Below, piece after piece: positions 1 to 7,377 of a DNA stretch of 64,000 bases (position 1 is the first letter of the stretch; each line of letters starts with the position of its first letter). The notes below the pieces were generated by a model, which saw only the letters and a program-made list of their open reading frames with translations, was not told the origin of the DNA and ran no database searches. Source of the stretch: an uncultured Chloroflexia bacterium (GTDB lineage: Bacteria; Chloroflexota; Limnocylindria; Limnocylindrales; CSP1-4); assembly GCA_963725875.1 (NCBI GenBank), contig CAVRZZ010000004.1, positions 279,758 through 343,757 of the forward strand, given 5' to 3'. The position numbers and the translations under genes were made by a program.

Positions 1-461
1 CCGTCTGCGTCTCGAACTCGCTGCACCACTTCGCCGACCCGTCCCCGGTGCTCGCCGGGATGCTGCGCGTGCTCCGCCCGGGCGGACTGGTGATCGTCAA
101 CGAGATGTACCGCGACGGGCAGTCCGAAACGCAGACGACCCACGTCCTGCTCCACCACTGGTGGGCGGCCGTGGGCACGGTCCGGGGCGAGGTCCACCGG
201 GAGACCTACCGGCGTGCCGAGATCGTGGCGCTCGTCGAGGGCCTCGGCCTCGCCGACCTGCGGCTCGTGGACCTGGCCGACGCGGACGAAGACCCGCACG
301 ACCCGCAGACGGTCGCGGAGATGGAGGCGGCCGTCGACCGCTACGTCGCGCTCGCGGAGGGGCATCCCGAGCTCCAGGCGCGCGGCGAGGAGCTGCGCGC
401 CCGCGTGCGCGAGGTCGGCGTGCGCAGCGCCACGCAGGTCGTCGCGATCGGCCGCCGCTGA
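1..461 (+). CDS. class I SAM-dependent methyltransferase, C-terminal part (5' end lies outside window)
   Basis: The frame is open from nt 3. Motif '...NSLHHFADPSPVLAGMLRVLRPGGLVIVNE' is typical of the post-II/III region of Rossmann-fold methyltransferases. The ORF table shows only the 48..461 portion. Confidence 0.65.
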   Translation, partial: VCVSNSLHHFADPSPVLAGMLRVLRPGGLVIVNEMYRDGQSETQTTHVLLHHWWAAVGTVRGEVHRETYRRAEIVALVEGLGLADLRLVDLADADEDPHDPQTVAEMEAAVDRYVALAEGHPELQARGEELRARVREVGVRSATQVVAIGRR

Positions 462-476
462 GCCGGACGCTGGCGC

Positions 477-1220
477 TCATCCGGCGGTCGCGGCCGCCGC
501 GAGCGCCGCAGCCACGGCCTGGACGTCCCGGTAGAACGCGGTGGCGCGGAGCCGGTCGGGGTCGCCCAGGCTCGCCTCGTATCCATCGTCGTAGGCGATC
601 ACCCCGAGGAGCGCCACGTTGCCGTCGTCGAGGCGGCCGCCGGCCCCCCCGGCCCCGTCGCCGTGGGCGAGGTTCGAGACCAGCCCGAGGACGGACAGGT
701 CCAGTCGCCGCAGGACCTCGAGGGTCTTGCGGGTCGTCACGAGCGTGAGCTCCGACGGCGTGGTGACCACGAGGTACTCCGCCCTGGGCAGGTACCGTGC
801 CGCGTCGAGCAGGGTGTCGCCGAAGCCGGGCGGCATGTCGACGACGAGGACGTCGAGGGCGTCCCAGATCGTGACCGCCAGCAGCTCCAGGATGGCGTTC
901 GTGACGTCGCTGCCGCGCAGGAGCGCGGGACGCTCGCCGACGATGCTCGCGATCGACATGAACGTGACGCCTGCGACCCGGTCGGGCACGAGGCCGCCGT
1001 CCTCGTGAAGCCCCGGGCGCGGGACGCCGAGAATCACGTGGTCTGACGGCCCCCAGAGGTCGAGGTCCAGCAGGCCGACACGCTGCCCGTCCGCGGCGAG
1101 GGCCAGGGACAGCCCGACGGCGACGGAGCTCTTGCCGATCCCTCCCTTGCCGCCGGTGATCGCCACCACGCGCCGCACGTCCCGAAGTCGCCGCTCGACC
1201 ACGGCCGGACGAGGATCCAC
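477..1220 (-). CDS. Mrp/MinD (ApbC/NBP35)-family P-loop ATPase; candidate ATP-type HypB-like partner of HypA
   Basis: Deviant Walker A 'ITGGKGGIGKSSVAV', 'LLDLDLWGPS', 'VVDMPPGFGD'. A GTG start lies 6 nt after the hypA stop. It is the C-terminal 248 aa of the 477..2474 ORF. Confidence 0.8.
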   Translation of the reverse strand: MDPRPAVVERRLRDVRRVVAITGGKGGIGKSSVAVGLSLALAADGQRVGLLDLDLWGPSDHVILGVPRPGLHEDGGLVPDRVAGVTFMSIASIVGERPALLRGSDVTNAILELLAVTIWDALDVLVVDMPPGFGDTLLDAARYLPRAEYLVVTTPSELTLVTTRKTLEVLRRLDLSVLGLVSNLAHGDGAGGAGGRLDDGNVALLGVIAYDDGYEASLGDPDRLRATAFYRDVQAVAAALAAAATAG

Positions 1221-1225
1221 CCGCG

Positions 1226-1630
1226 CTACCCGTTGACCGCGACGAGCGAGACACCCCGGCCGCCGGTCACGGCGAAGTCGGGGCTGGAGCAGGCGGGGCA
1301 GTCCACGTAGAGGCCGACCATCTCCGGCAGGAGGTGGATGTTCTCGCGCTCGTCCTCGGGCAGCGCCGCGAGGCTGTCCTGCAGCGTCCAGGACTGCCCA
1401 CACCGCCGGCAGGCGCACCGGGCCAGGTCGGTCTCGAAGGTGAACCGGGTGTCGGCCAGCTCGGGTGCCTGTGCCTGGGCGGCGCTCAGCCCGAACTCGA
1501 AGGCCCCCCGGTCGACCGACTGGAGCTCGCCGAGCCCGATGACGACCTCGCGGATCGTCGCGATGCTGCGCTCGCGGGCGACCTCGACCGCCTTCGCCAC
1601 CACCGCCTCGGCCAGGGCCCACTCGTGCAT
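1226..1630 (-). CDS. hypA: hydrogenase nickel-incorporation/maturation factor HypA
   Basis: Starts 'MHEWALAEAVV', 134 aa. Two Cys pairs, 'CACRRCG' and 'CPACSS', form the zinc site typical of HypA/HybF. Confidence 0.85.
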   Translation of the reverse strand: MHEWALAEAVVAKAVEVARERSIATIREVVIGLGELQSVDRGAFEFGLSAAQAQAPELADTRFTFETDLARCACRRCGQSWTLQDSLAALPEDERENIHLLPEMVGLYVDCPACSSPDFAVTGGRGVSLVAVNG

Positions 1631-1742
1631 CCGATCCTCGTCTCGCGGGCGTCCGGACCGTCACTCTGCGCGGCCGGGCGGCGAGGGCACGCCGCCCCCG
1701 CATGGTACCCGGCCCCGACCGGCAGCCATCGAAGCTCGCCCG

Positions 1743-2290
1743 GTCCCCGCGATCCCCGGCCTCGCGGGCTCCAGCCCGGTCCTGGTCGGCCGCGAGGCGG
1801 AGCTGCGCGCGCTCGAAGAGGCCGTCGCGACGCGTGCCGAGCGTCCGGTGGTGCTCGTCGGCGGCGAGGCGGGCATCGGGAAGACGCGGCTCACCGGCGA
1901 GCTGGTGTCGCGCGCGGTGGCGGGCGGCGCGACGGTCGCCGTCGGCTCCTGCGTGGAGCTCGGCGCCGACCTCCTGCCGTATGCGCCGTTTGTCGAGTCG
2001 CTCGGCCGCCTCGTCGAAGGGCTCGGCGAGGGCGCCGATGAGGTCCTGGGCCCGGCGCGGGCGGAGCTGGCCCCGCTGCTGCCGGGCGCCGCCGTGACGG
2101 ACGAAGACGGCGCGCTGGGTGCCTGGAGCCGGGGCCGGATGTACGAGGCGGTCCGGGGCCTCCTCGACCGGGCGCCCGACCCCCTCATCCTCGTCCTGGA
2201 GGATGTCCACTGGGCCGACCGCTCCACGCTGGAGCTGCTCCTCTACCTGGCACGGCGCCTTCGTCACGGTGGCCGAGGCGATCGACGACG
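1743..2290 (+). pseudogene. N-terminal STAND/AAA ATPase fragment of a large ATP-binding LuxR (LAL) regulator; the frame is lost near 2270
   Basis: Frame 0 encodes 'VLVGREAELRALEEA...VLVGGEAGIGKTRL...LVLEDVHWADRSTLELLLYLARRL' and then degenerates. No canonical start codon was found, and the start is unclear. Confidence 0.5.
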
Positions 2291-4281
2291 ACCTGCTGCC
2301 CGGCGAGCGGGTGCGCCTCCACGCGGCGCTGGCACGGATCCTGCGCGAGCGACCGGATCTTGCGAGCGGCACGTCGGCCGGTGCGGCGGCCGAGCTGGCC
2401 CACCACCTGCTCGCGGCGCGCGACCTCCCCGCGGCGCTCCAGGCAACCGTTCGAGCCGCGGACGACGCCGCCATCGCACGTGCGTATCCGGAGGCTCGCG
2501 ACCTGTACGAGCGTGCGCTCGAGCTCTTCCAGCAGGTGCCCGGGGCCGACGCCCTGGCCGGGATCGATCGCGCGGGCCTCCTGGACCGGGCCGCGGAGGC
2601 GAGCTACCACGCCGGCGACGCCGGCCGCGCGGTCGCGCTCGGTCGCCTCGCGGTGGTCGAGGCGGAGGAGGCGGGCGACACGACCCGGACGGGGTACCTC
2701 CTCGTGCGCCTCACCGAGTGGACGGAGGAGCAGGGCGACTGGCGCGCGATCCCCGCCCTCGCCGAGCGGGCACTGACCCTCGTGCCGGAAGAGCCGCCGT
2801 CGCCCGAGCGTGCCTTCGCCCTGATCGGCCGGGCCTCCGCCCTCTTGCATCAGAGCCGCAACCGCGACCATGCGCAGGCGGCGGCTGAAGCTGCCCACGT
2901 CGCGGCCGCGTGCGGCGCCACCGGCTACGAGGCGATCGCGCGATCCATGCGAGCGACCGGGCTCGTCGGCCTGGCCCGTGACGAGGAGGCGATCGAGGAG
3001 GTGGAGCGCGCTGCGGCGCTTGCCGCGGCATCCGGCGGCACCGAGGAGGCCGTGATCGTCACCGCCAACCGCCTGGCCGTCTACGGGTTCCCCGGTCACC
3101 TCGAACGCCTGGGCGGCGTCCTGGCCGAGGCCCGTCGGGCCTTCGACCGCGAGGGGTCGCTCGTTCTCACCGAGCCATACCTCGACCTCTGGGAGGCCTG
3201 CATCATGGAGTGGCAGGGCCGGCGGTCGGAGGCCGAGGAGCTCATCTCCGAGCACATCGGCCGCGCCGCGGCGGGGCCGACGACACGCAGTGAGCTCCTC
3301 TCACAGCGGGGCGTCCTGCGCGTTCGTCGTGGCCTGCTGGAAGCGGGAGAGGACGACGCGCGCGCCGCTCTCCAGTTCGGCTACGCGGTCTTCGCGGAGA
3401 CCGCCGCCGAGGCATGCGAGACGCTCGCGGAGGCGGCCCTTCTGCGCGGCGACCCGGCGGCCGCCCTGGAACGCGTCGAAGAAGGGCTGGCGGCCCTCGA
3501 GCCGACCGACGACGTGTCGCGGCGGGCGCACCTGCACGCCCTCGGGCTGTGCGTCGCCGCAGACTTGGCCGAGCGATCGCGGGCGCGGCGCGACCAGAAG
3601 CTCGCAGAGGTCGCCTTGGCGGCAGCCGGCCGCCATCGCGAGCGCCTCCAGGCGGCGCTCGACGGCCGCCTGATCGAGGAAGGCGGCGTCAACGATCTCG
3701 TGCGGGCGATGGGCGCATGGGGGCTGGCCGAGGCGAGCCGGTGCGCCGGCGAGCCAGACCCGGACGCGTGGGCCGCGGCTGGCGCGGCGCTTCCGGCTGT
3801 CGGCGAGACCCACCTCGCGGCGTACTGCCGCCTCCGCGAGGCGGAGGCCGCCCTCGCTGGGCCGGGAGACCGGGCTCGGGCTGAACGCGCGCTGCGCGAG
3901 GCACGAGGTTGGGCCGTCATGGTCGGGGCGGAGCCGCTCCTGAACGACGTCGACACCCTGGCGCGACGCGCGCGGCTGGACCTGGCGGGGGCCCAGCCGC
4001 CCGACGGAGCTCCGTCAACGATGGGCGGCCCCACGGCGGCGGCCCCGGACCCGTACGGCCTGAGCCCGCGCGAGCGAGAGGTGCTCGCGCTCCTCGTGGA
4101 CGGGCGGACGAACCGCGAGATTGGCGCCGCGCTCTTCATCAGCGAGAAGACCGCCAGCGTCCACGTCAGCCACATCCTCGACAAGCTCGGCGTGACGAGC
4201 CGTGGTGCGGCGGCCGCGTTGGCGGCTCGTGGCGGACTCGTGAACCTTCCCCCACCCGACCAGCCGGCCCGCGGCAGCTGA
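2119..4281 (+). CDS. LuxR-family regulator, helical/TPR-like region plus C-terminal HTH (C-terminal two-thirds of the disrupted LAL regulator)
   Basis: 720-aa ORF. After the frame change it continues 'AEAIDDDLLPGERVRLHAALARIL...' and ends with the GerE/LuxR HTH 'LSPREREVLALLVDGRTNREIGAALFISEKTASVHVSHILDKLGV'. The first ~50 codons of the ORF are out-of-frame overlap with the N-terminal fragment. Confidence 0.7.
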   Translation: MPGAGAGCTRRSGASSTGRPTPSSSSWRMSTGPTAPRWSCSSTWHGAFVTVAEAIDDDLLPGERVRLHAALARILRERPDLASGTSAGAAAELAHHLLAARDLPAALQATVRAADDAAIARAYPEARDLYERALELFQQVPGADALAGIDRAGLLDRAAEASYHAGDAGRAVALGRLAVVEAEEAGDTTRTGYLLVRLTEWTEEQGDWRAIPALAERALTLVPEEPPSPERAFALIGRASALLHQSRNRDHAQAAAEAAHVAAACGATGYEAIARSMRATGLVGLARDEEAIEEVERAAALAAASGGTEEAVIVTANRLAVYGFPGHLERLGGVLAEARRAFDREGSLVLTEPYLDLWEACIMEWQGRRSEAEELISEHIGRAAAGPTTRSELLSQRGVLRVRRGLLEAGEDDARAALQFGYAVFAETAAEACETLAEAALLRGDPAAALERVEEGLAALEPTDDVSRRAHLHALGLCVAADLAERSRARRDQKLAEVALAAAGRHRERLQAALDGRLIEEGGVNDLVRAMGAWGLAEASRCAGEPDPDAWAAAGAALPAVGETHLAAYCRLREAEAALAGPGDRARAERALREARGWAVMVGAEPLLNDVDTLARRARLDLAGAQPPDGAPSTMGGPTAAAPDPYGLSPREREVLALLVDGRTNREIGAALFISEKTASVHVSHILDKLGVTSRGAAAALAARGGLVNLPPPDQPARGS

Positions 4282-4410
4282 GTTCCGTCGGTCCGCCGGC
4301 AAACCACACTCGCCGCGTGGGCACGGTCGGGGCGCGCCCGTCTCCAGCTTGGAGGCTGAGGCCGGCGGTGTGTGCCCGGGCCGGCGGAACCGGGTGGGGC
4401 CGGCTGCGCC

Positions 4411-4431
4411 CTGAGCAGACTATCTGCTCAG
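4411..4431. terminator. hairpin (8-bp perfect inverted repeat CTGAGCAG-actat-CTGCTCAG) between convergent genes
   Basis: Read directly in the sequence. It lies between the LuxR gene stop (4281) and the stop of the minus-strand gene at 4527. No T-tract, as is common in GC-rich genomes. Confidence 0.3.
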
Positions 4432-4526
4432 CGGCGGGTCCCTTGAGCACGGAAGTCACGCCGGGGTGCAGATTTAGCGTGAGCTCCGCGCTCCCACCCC
4501 CCGAACCTGACCAGACTACCAGCCGC

Positions 4527-5387
4527 TCAGGCCGGCAGCGGCGGGTCGTACTCGACGTCGGTCAGCTCCACCTCGATGTACGGCAGCTCGGTCCCGTCGG
4601 GGAGCGTCCAGACGGCGGCGCCGCTGACGGGCAGGCGGAGGCCCTCGAACTCGCCGTAGGCGTAGGTCGGCGCGGTCCACGGCCGGAGCTCGAACCCCTT
4701 GCCGACCATCGCGTGGCGCTCTGCGCGGAAGGCGACCAGGGCGCCCTCAGCGTCGATCTCGAGCGTGCCGCTCACGCGCAGGTTGCCGTCCGCGATCGAA
4801 ACGCCCACGTGCGTGTCGTCGATCGCCTCCCAGGTCACCCGCTCACGAAGGAAGGCGCTGGGAAACCACGGCATCTCGGAGAGGTGGCGCAGGAGCGAGG
4901 CTCGGTCCATCTCCGGGCCGGCGGCGTCGACGAAGGGGATCAGCGCGCCGGCCTTGATCGTCATGAGCCCGCGTCCCTCGAGGTAGCCGTCGCGGCCGCG
5001 CACGACGGGTAGAGCGGCCGGGCCGACGGTCGCGTCCCAGACGAAGCCCGGCGGCTCGACCGTGTACCACTGCTCGGCGACGAGGGGGAAGGTCATCCCG
5101 CCCGGGGAGGGTCGCATCCGGCAGGCCTGGCGCACGCGCACCGTGTCGACCATCGGGCGACCGACGACGCCGGCGTGGCGCAGGTAGCGCTGGGCGGGCT
5201 CGGGCAGACCGGCCAGCATCACGTCGGTCACCAGCGGCGGGTGCGGTGGCCGCGGCGCCCCGACCAGACGACGACGGTCGTCGGCGACGTCGCGGTCGAA
5301 CCGCCGGGCGGCCGCGACGACCACCGCGGCCAGGCCCGCGAAGACGACCAGCTTGACCAGGAACAGGCGCACGAACAGGCGGAGCAT
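4527..5387 (-). CDS. hypothetical protein with N-terminal TM anchor (DUF-type, function unknown)
   Basis: ATG 'MLRLFVRLFLVKLVVFAGLAAVVV' is preceded by GGAGGTG. The soluble domain of about 250 aa has no recognisable catalytic motif. Confidence 0.6.
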   Translation of the reverse strand: MLRLFVRLFLVKLVVFAGLAAVVVAAARRFDRDVADDRRRLVGAPRPPHPPLVTDVMLAGLPEPAQRYLRHAGVVGRPMVDTVRVRQACRMRPSPGGMTFPLVAEQWYTVEPPGFVWDATVGPAALPVVRGRDGYLEGRGLMTIKAGALIPFVDAAGPEMDRASLLRHLSEMPWFPSAFLRERVTWEAIDDTHVGVSIADGNLRVSGTLEIDAEGALVAFRAERHAMVGKGFELRPWTAPTYAYGEFEGLRLPVSGAAVWTLPDGTELPYIEVELTDVEYDPPLPA

Positions 5388-5454
5388 CGGGGCACCTCCG
5401 CTCGAGATGGTCGGCGGTCGGGCCGGCGTCACGCGAGTGCCGGAGGTCGTCCGG

Positions 5455-5560
5455 CGCGACCCCGGTCGGCCCACGGCGGCCCACAACGGCCCACAAACGG
5501 CCGGCAGCGGCTGGCAACGGCCCACGGGCGGCCCACAACGGCCGGCAGCGGCCGGGCGAG
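5455..5560. repeat. cluster of about 5 direct copies of GGCCCAC(R)ACGGCC(GGCAGCGGC) in the upstream region of the 4527..5387 gene
   Basis: Read directly: 'cggcccacggcggcccacaacggcccacaaacggccggcagcggc...ggcccacgggcggcccacaacggccggcagcggcc'. Confidence 0.35.
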
Positions 5561-5583
5561 CCCCGCGCGCGCCGGCGTGCGTC

Positions 5584-6357
5584 CTACAGGTCGGCGACGT
5601 CGATGAGGCCGCGGCGGATCGCGTACTTAAGGAGCTCCACCCGGTCGTGGAACCCGAGCTTCTCCATCACGTTCGCCCGGTAGTTGTGGATCGTCTGCTC
5701 CGAGAGGTGGAGCGTCCGGGCGATCTCGCGGTTCGTGTGGCCGACGGCGGCCAGGAGCATCACCTCGCGCTCACGCTCGCTGAGCGACTCGTACGGATCC
5801 TCGAGCGCTCCGCCGGGCGTCTTGAGCACGTACGTGTTGACCATTCTTGTGACGATCGACGGGCTGACGTACGTCTGGCCCCGGCTGATCGAGCGAAGCG
5901 CCGTCACGAAATCCGAGGCCTGGGCCTCGCGCGTCAGGAAGCCGTCGGCGCCCGCCTTGATCGCCAGCGAGAACTGCTCGCTCGTGCAGCGGCACTCGAC
6001 GGCCAGGATCTTCATCGACGGCTTCGCGGCCCGCACCGCCTCGATCATCTGGAACGACGTGCAGCCCGACCGATCGTACGGCAGGCACTCGGTGATGACC
6101 ACGTCGGCGGGCGACTGCACGATCTCCTCGCGCATCGCGGTACGGTCGACGACCTCGCCGATCACCTCCATGTCGGGCTCGGCGTCGATCACCTCGCGCA
6201 GGCCGACGTTGAGCATTGGGAAGTCGAAGATGGCCAGGAGCACGCCCAGCCGCTTGCCGTTTCCCGGAACGTGCCCGTTCGTGCTCACGCCGACCTCGTC
6301 ACCTCGCGCAGGGCGCCAACCAAGAACGCCCGCGACGCGGGTATCACTATCGGCCAA
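5584..6357 (-). CDS. atypical NarL/FixJ-family response regulator (receiver-like domain plus LuxR HTH) lacking the phospho-acceptor Asp
   Basis: C-terminal GerE HTH 'LSEREREVMLLAAVGHTNREIARTLHLSEQTIHNYRANVMEKLG'. In the receiver domain the expected D is replaced: 'DVVITECLPYD' versus canonical 'DVVLMDLxMP'. The acidic pair is 'DF' and the conserved Lys is replaced: 'GFLTRE' versus canonical 'GYLxKD'. The true start may be an internal GTG near 6288. Confidence 0.8.
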   Translation of the reverse strand: MADSDTRVAGVLGWRPARGDEVGVSTNGHVPGNGKRLGVLLAIFDFPMLNVGLREVIDAEPDMEVIGEVVDRTAMREEIVQSPADVVITECLPYDRSGCTSFQMIEAVRAAKPSMKILAVECRCTSEQFSLAIKAGADGFLTREAQASDFVTALRSISRGQTYVSPSIVTRMVNTYVLKTPGGALEDPYESLSEREREVMLLAAVGHTNREIARTLHLSEQTIHNYRANVMEKLGFHDRVELLKYAIRRGLIDVADL

Positions 6358-6442
6358 CGGTGGGGGTGTCGACGTAGGGCCATCCGTCGCTTCCGGCGAT
6401 CCCTGTGGCCCCTTGCGGACGGGACGAGGGGCACCCCGGCCA

Positions 6443-6558
6443 GCGCCGAGGTACCGTGCCAGGTGCCGTTGACCGGTGCGAGTGCCGCCGCGCCGTGCCG
6501 GGACCGGCGCACCGTGCCGGGTGCCGTTGACCGGTGCGAGTGCCGCCGCGCCGTGCCG
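6443..6558. repeat. 58-bp perfect/near-perfect tandem direct repeat (x2) upstream of the response-regulator gene
   Basis: 'cgtgccaggtgccgttgaccggtgcgagtgccgccgcgccgtgccgggaccggcgcac' occurs twice in tandem. The ORFs at 6476 and 6534 share the identical N-terminus 'MRVPPRRAGTGA' as a consequence. Confidence 0.7.
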
Positions 6559-6600
6559 GGACCGGCGCGCAATGCCGGGGCCGAGGGCAAGTCCTGCCCG

Positions 6601-7377
6601 TCAGTTCGACTGGACCCCCTTGCCGTGGCAGAACGCGCACATCCCCTCGAACGCCTTCAGGTCGTGGGGCGCGACCCGCGGCTGGTCCGGCGACGGGAGG
6701 TGACACGACGTGCACTGCGCGTCCGTGCGCGTGGCGTGGTCCTCCGGCACGGCGCCGACCTTCGCCGCGACGTGACAGGTGAGGCACTTGCCGTCGGTCG
6801 GGGTCGGGTGCGGATAAGCCGCCGCCGGTTGCGAGGTCCCCTGGTGACAGAGGAAGCAGGTCGTCTCGGAGCGGCCCTTCATGCTGTCGGGCAGGGGGGC
6901 GATCGAGCCGTGGCAGGAGAGGCACTTCGAGTTCGCGGCCAGGGAGTGCGGGCGATCCTCGGCAGCCGGTGTCGTCGCCGTGTGGCAGACCAGGCATTGC
7001 TCGGCATGGATCCCGGTGTGGCCGGGCGCCGTCTGCACGAGCCGGTCGTTCGCGTGACACGACGTGCAGCTCCCCCAGCCCTCGAGCGGGTGACCGACCG
7101 GCGGCACGTTTGCCGTCGCGCCCGGCGTCTTGTGGCAGGCGGCGCAGTCGCTGGTCGGCATCACGGCAATCAGGTTGCCCCCCGACGGCGACGGCGCCGG
7201 CGTCGGCTGCTGCGTCGCCGTCGGCGAAGGGGTCGGCGACGGCGCCACGGCCTGCCGGTCGGCCAGTCCGACGTTGATCACGGCGAGCCCGATGCCCACG
7301 CCAACGCCGACCACGATCGCGACGGCAGCCAGGGCCAGGAGCATGCGGCCGATCTTGCGGGCCATCAGCGCGGCCAC
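6601..7377 (-). CDS. membrane-anchored octahaem c-type cytochrome
   Basis: N-terminal TM 'MLLALAAVAIVVGVGVGIGLAV', a Pro/Thr-rich linker 'PSPTPSPTATQQPTPAPSPSGG', and 8 CxxCH motifs (CAACH, CTSCH, CLVCH, CLSCH, CFLCH, CLTCH, CTSCH, CAFCH) in 258 aa. An alternative ATG at 7365 overlaps the NrfD stop (TGATG). Confidence 0.85.
   Translation of the reverse strand: MAALMARKIGRMLLALAAVAIVVGVGVGIGLAVINVGLADRQAVAPSPTPSPTATQQPTPAPSPSGGNLIAVMPTSDCAACHKTPGATANVPPVGHPLEGWGSCTSCHANDRLVQTAPGHTGIHAEQCLVCHTATTPAAEDRPHSLAANSKCLSCHGSIAPLPDSMKGRSETTCFLCHQGTSQPAAAYPHPTPTDGKCLTCHVAAKVGAVPEDHATRTDAQCTSCHLPSPDQPRVAPHDLKAFEGMCAFCHGKGVQSN

Noticed and set aside
97-1254. 385-aa minus-strand ORF (and overlapping 161..748 and 214..534 plus-strand ORFs) rich in R/G/P
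   Set aside because: They are antisense or out-of-frame to the methyltransferase and Mrp genes. The composition-only protein has no motifs. It is a typical stop-codon-poor artefact of about 72% GC DNA.
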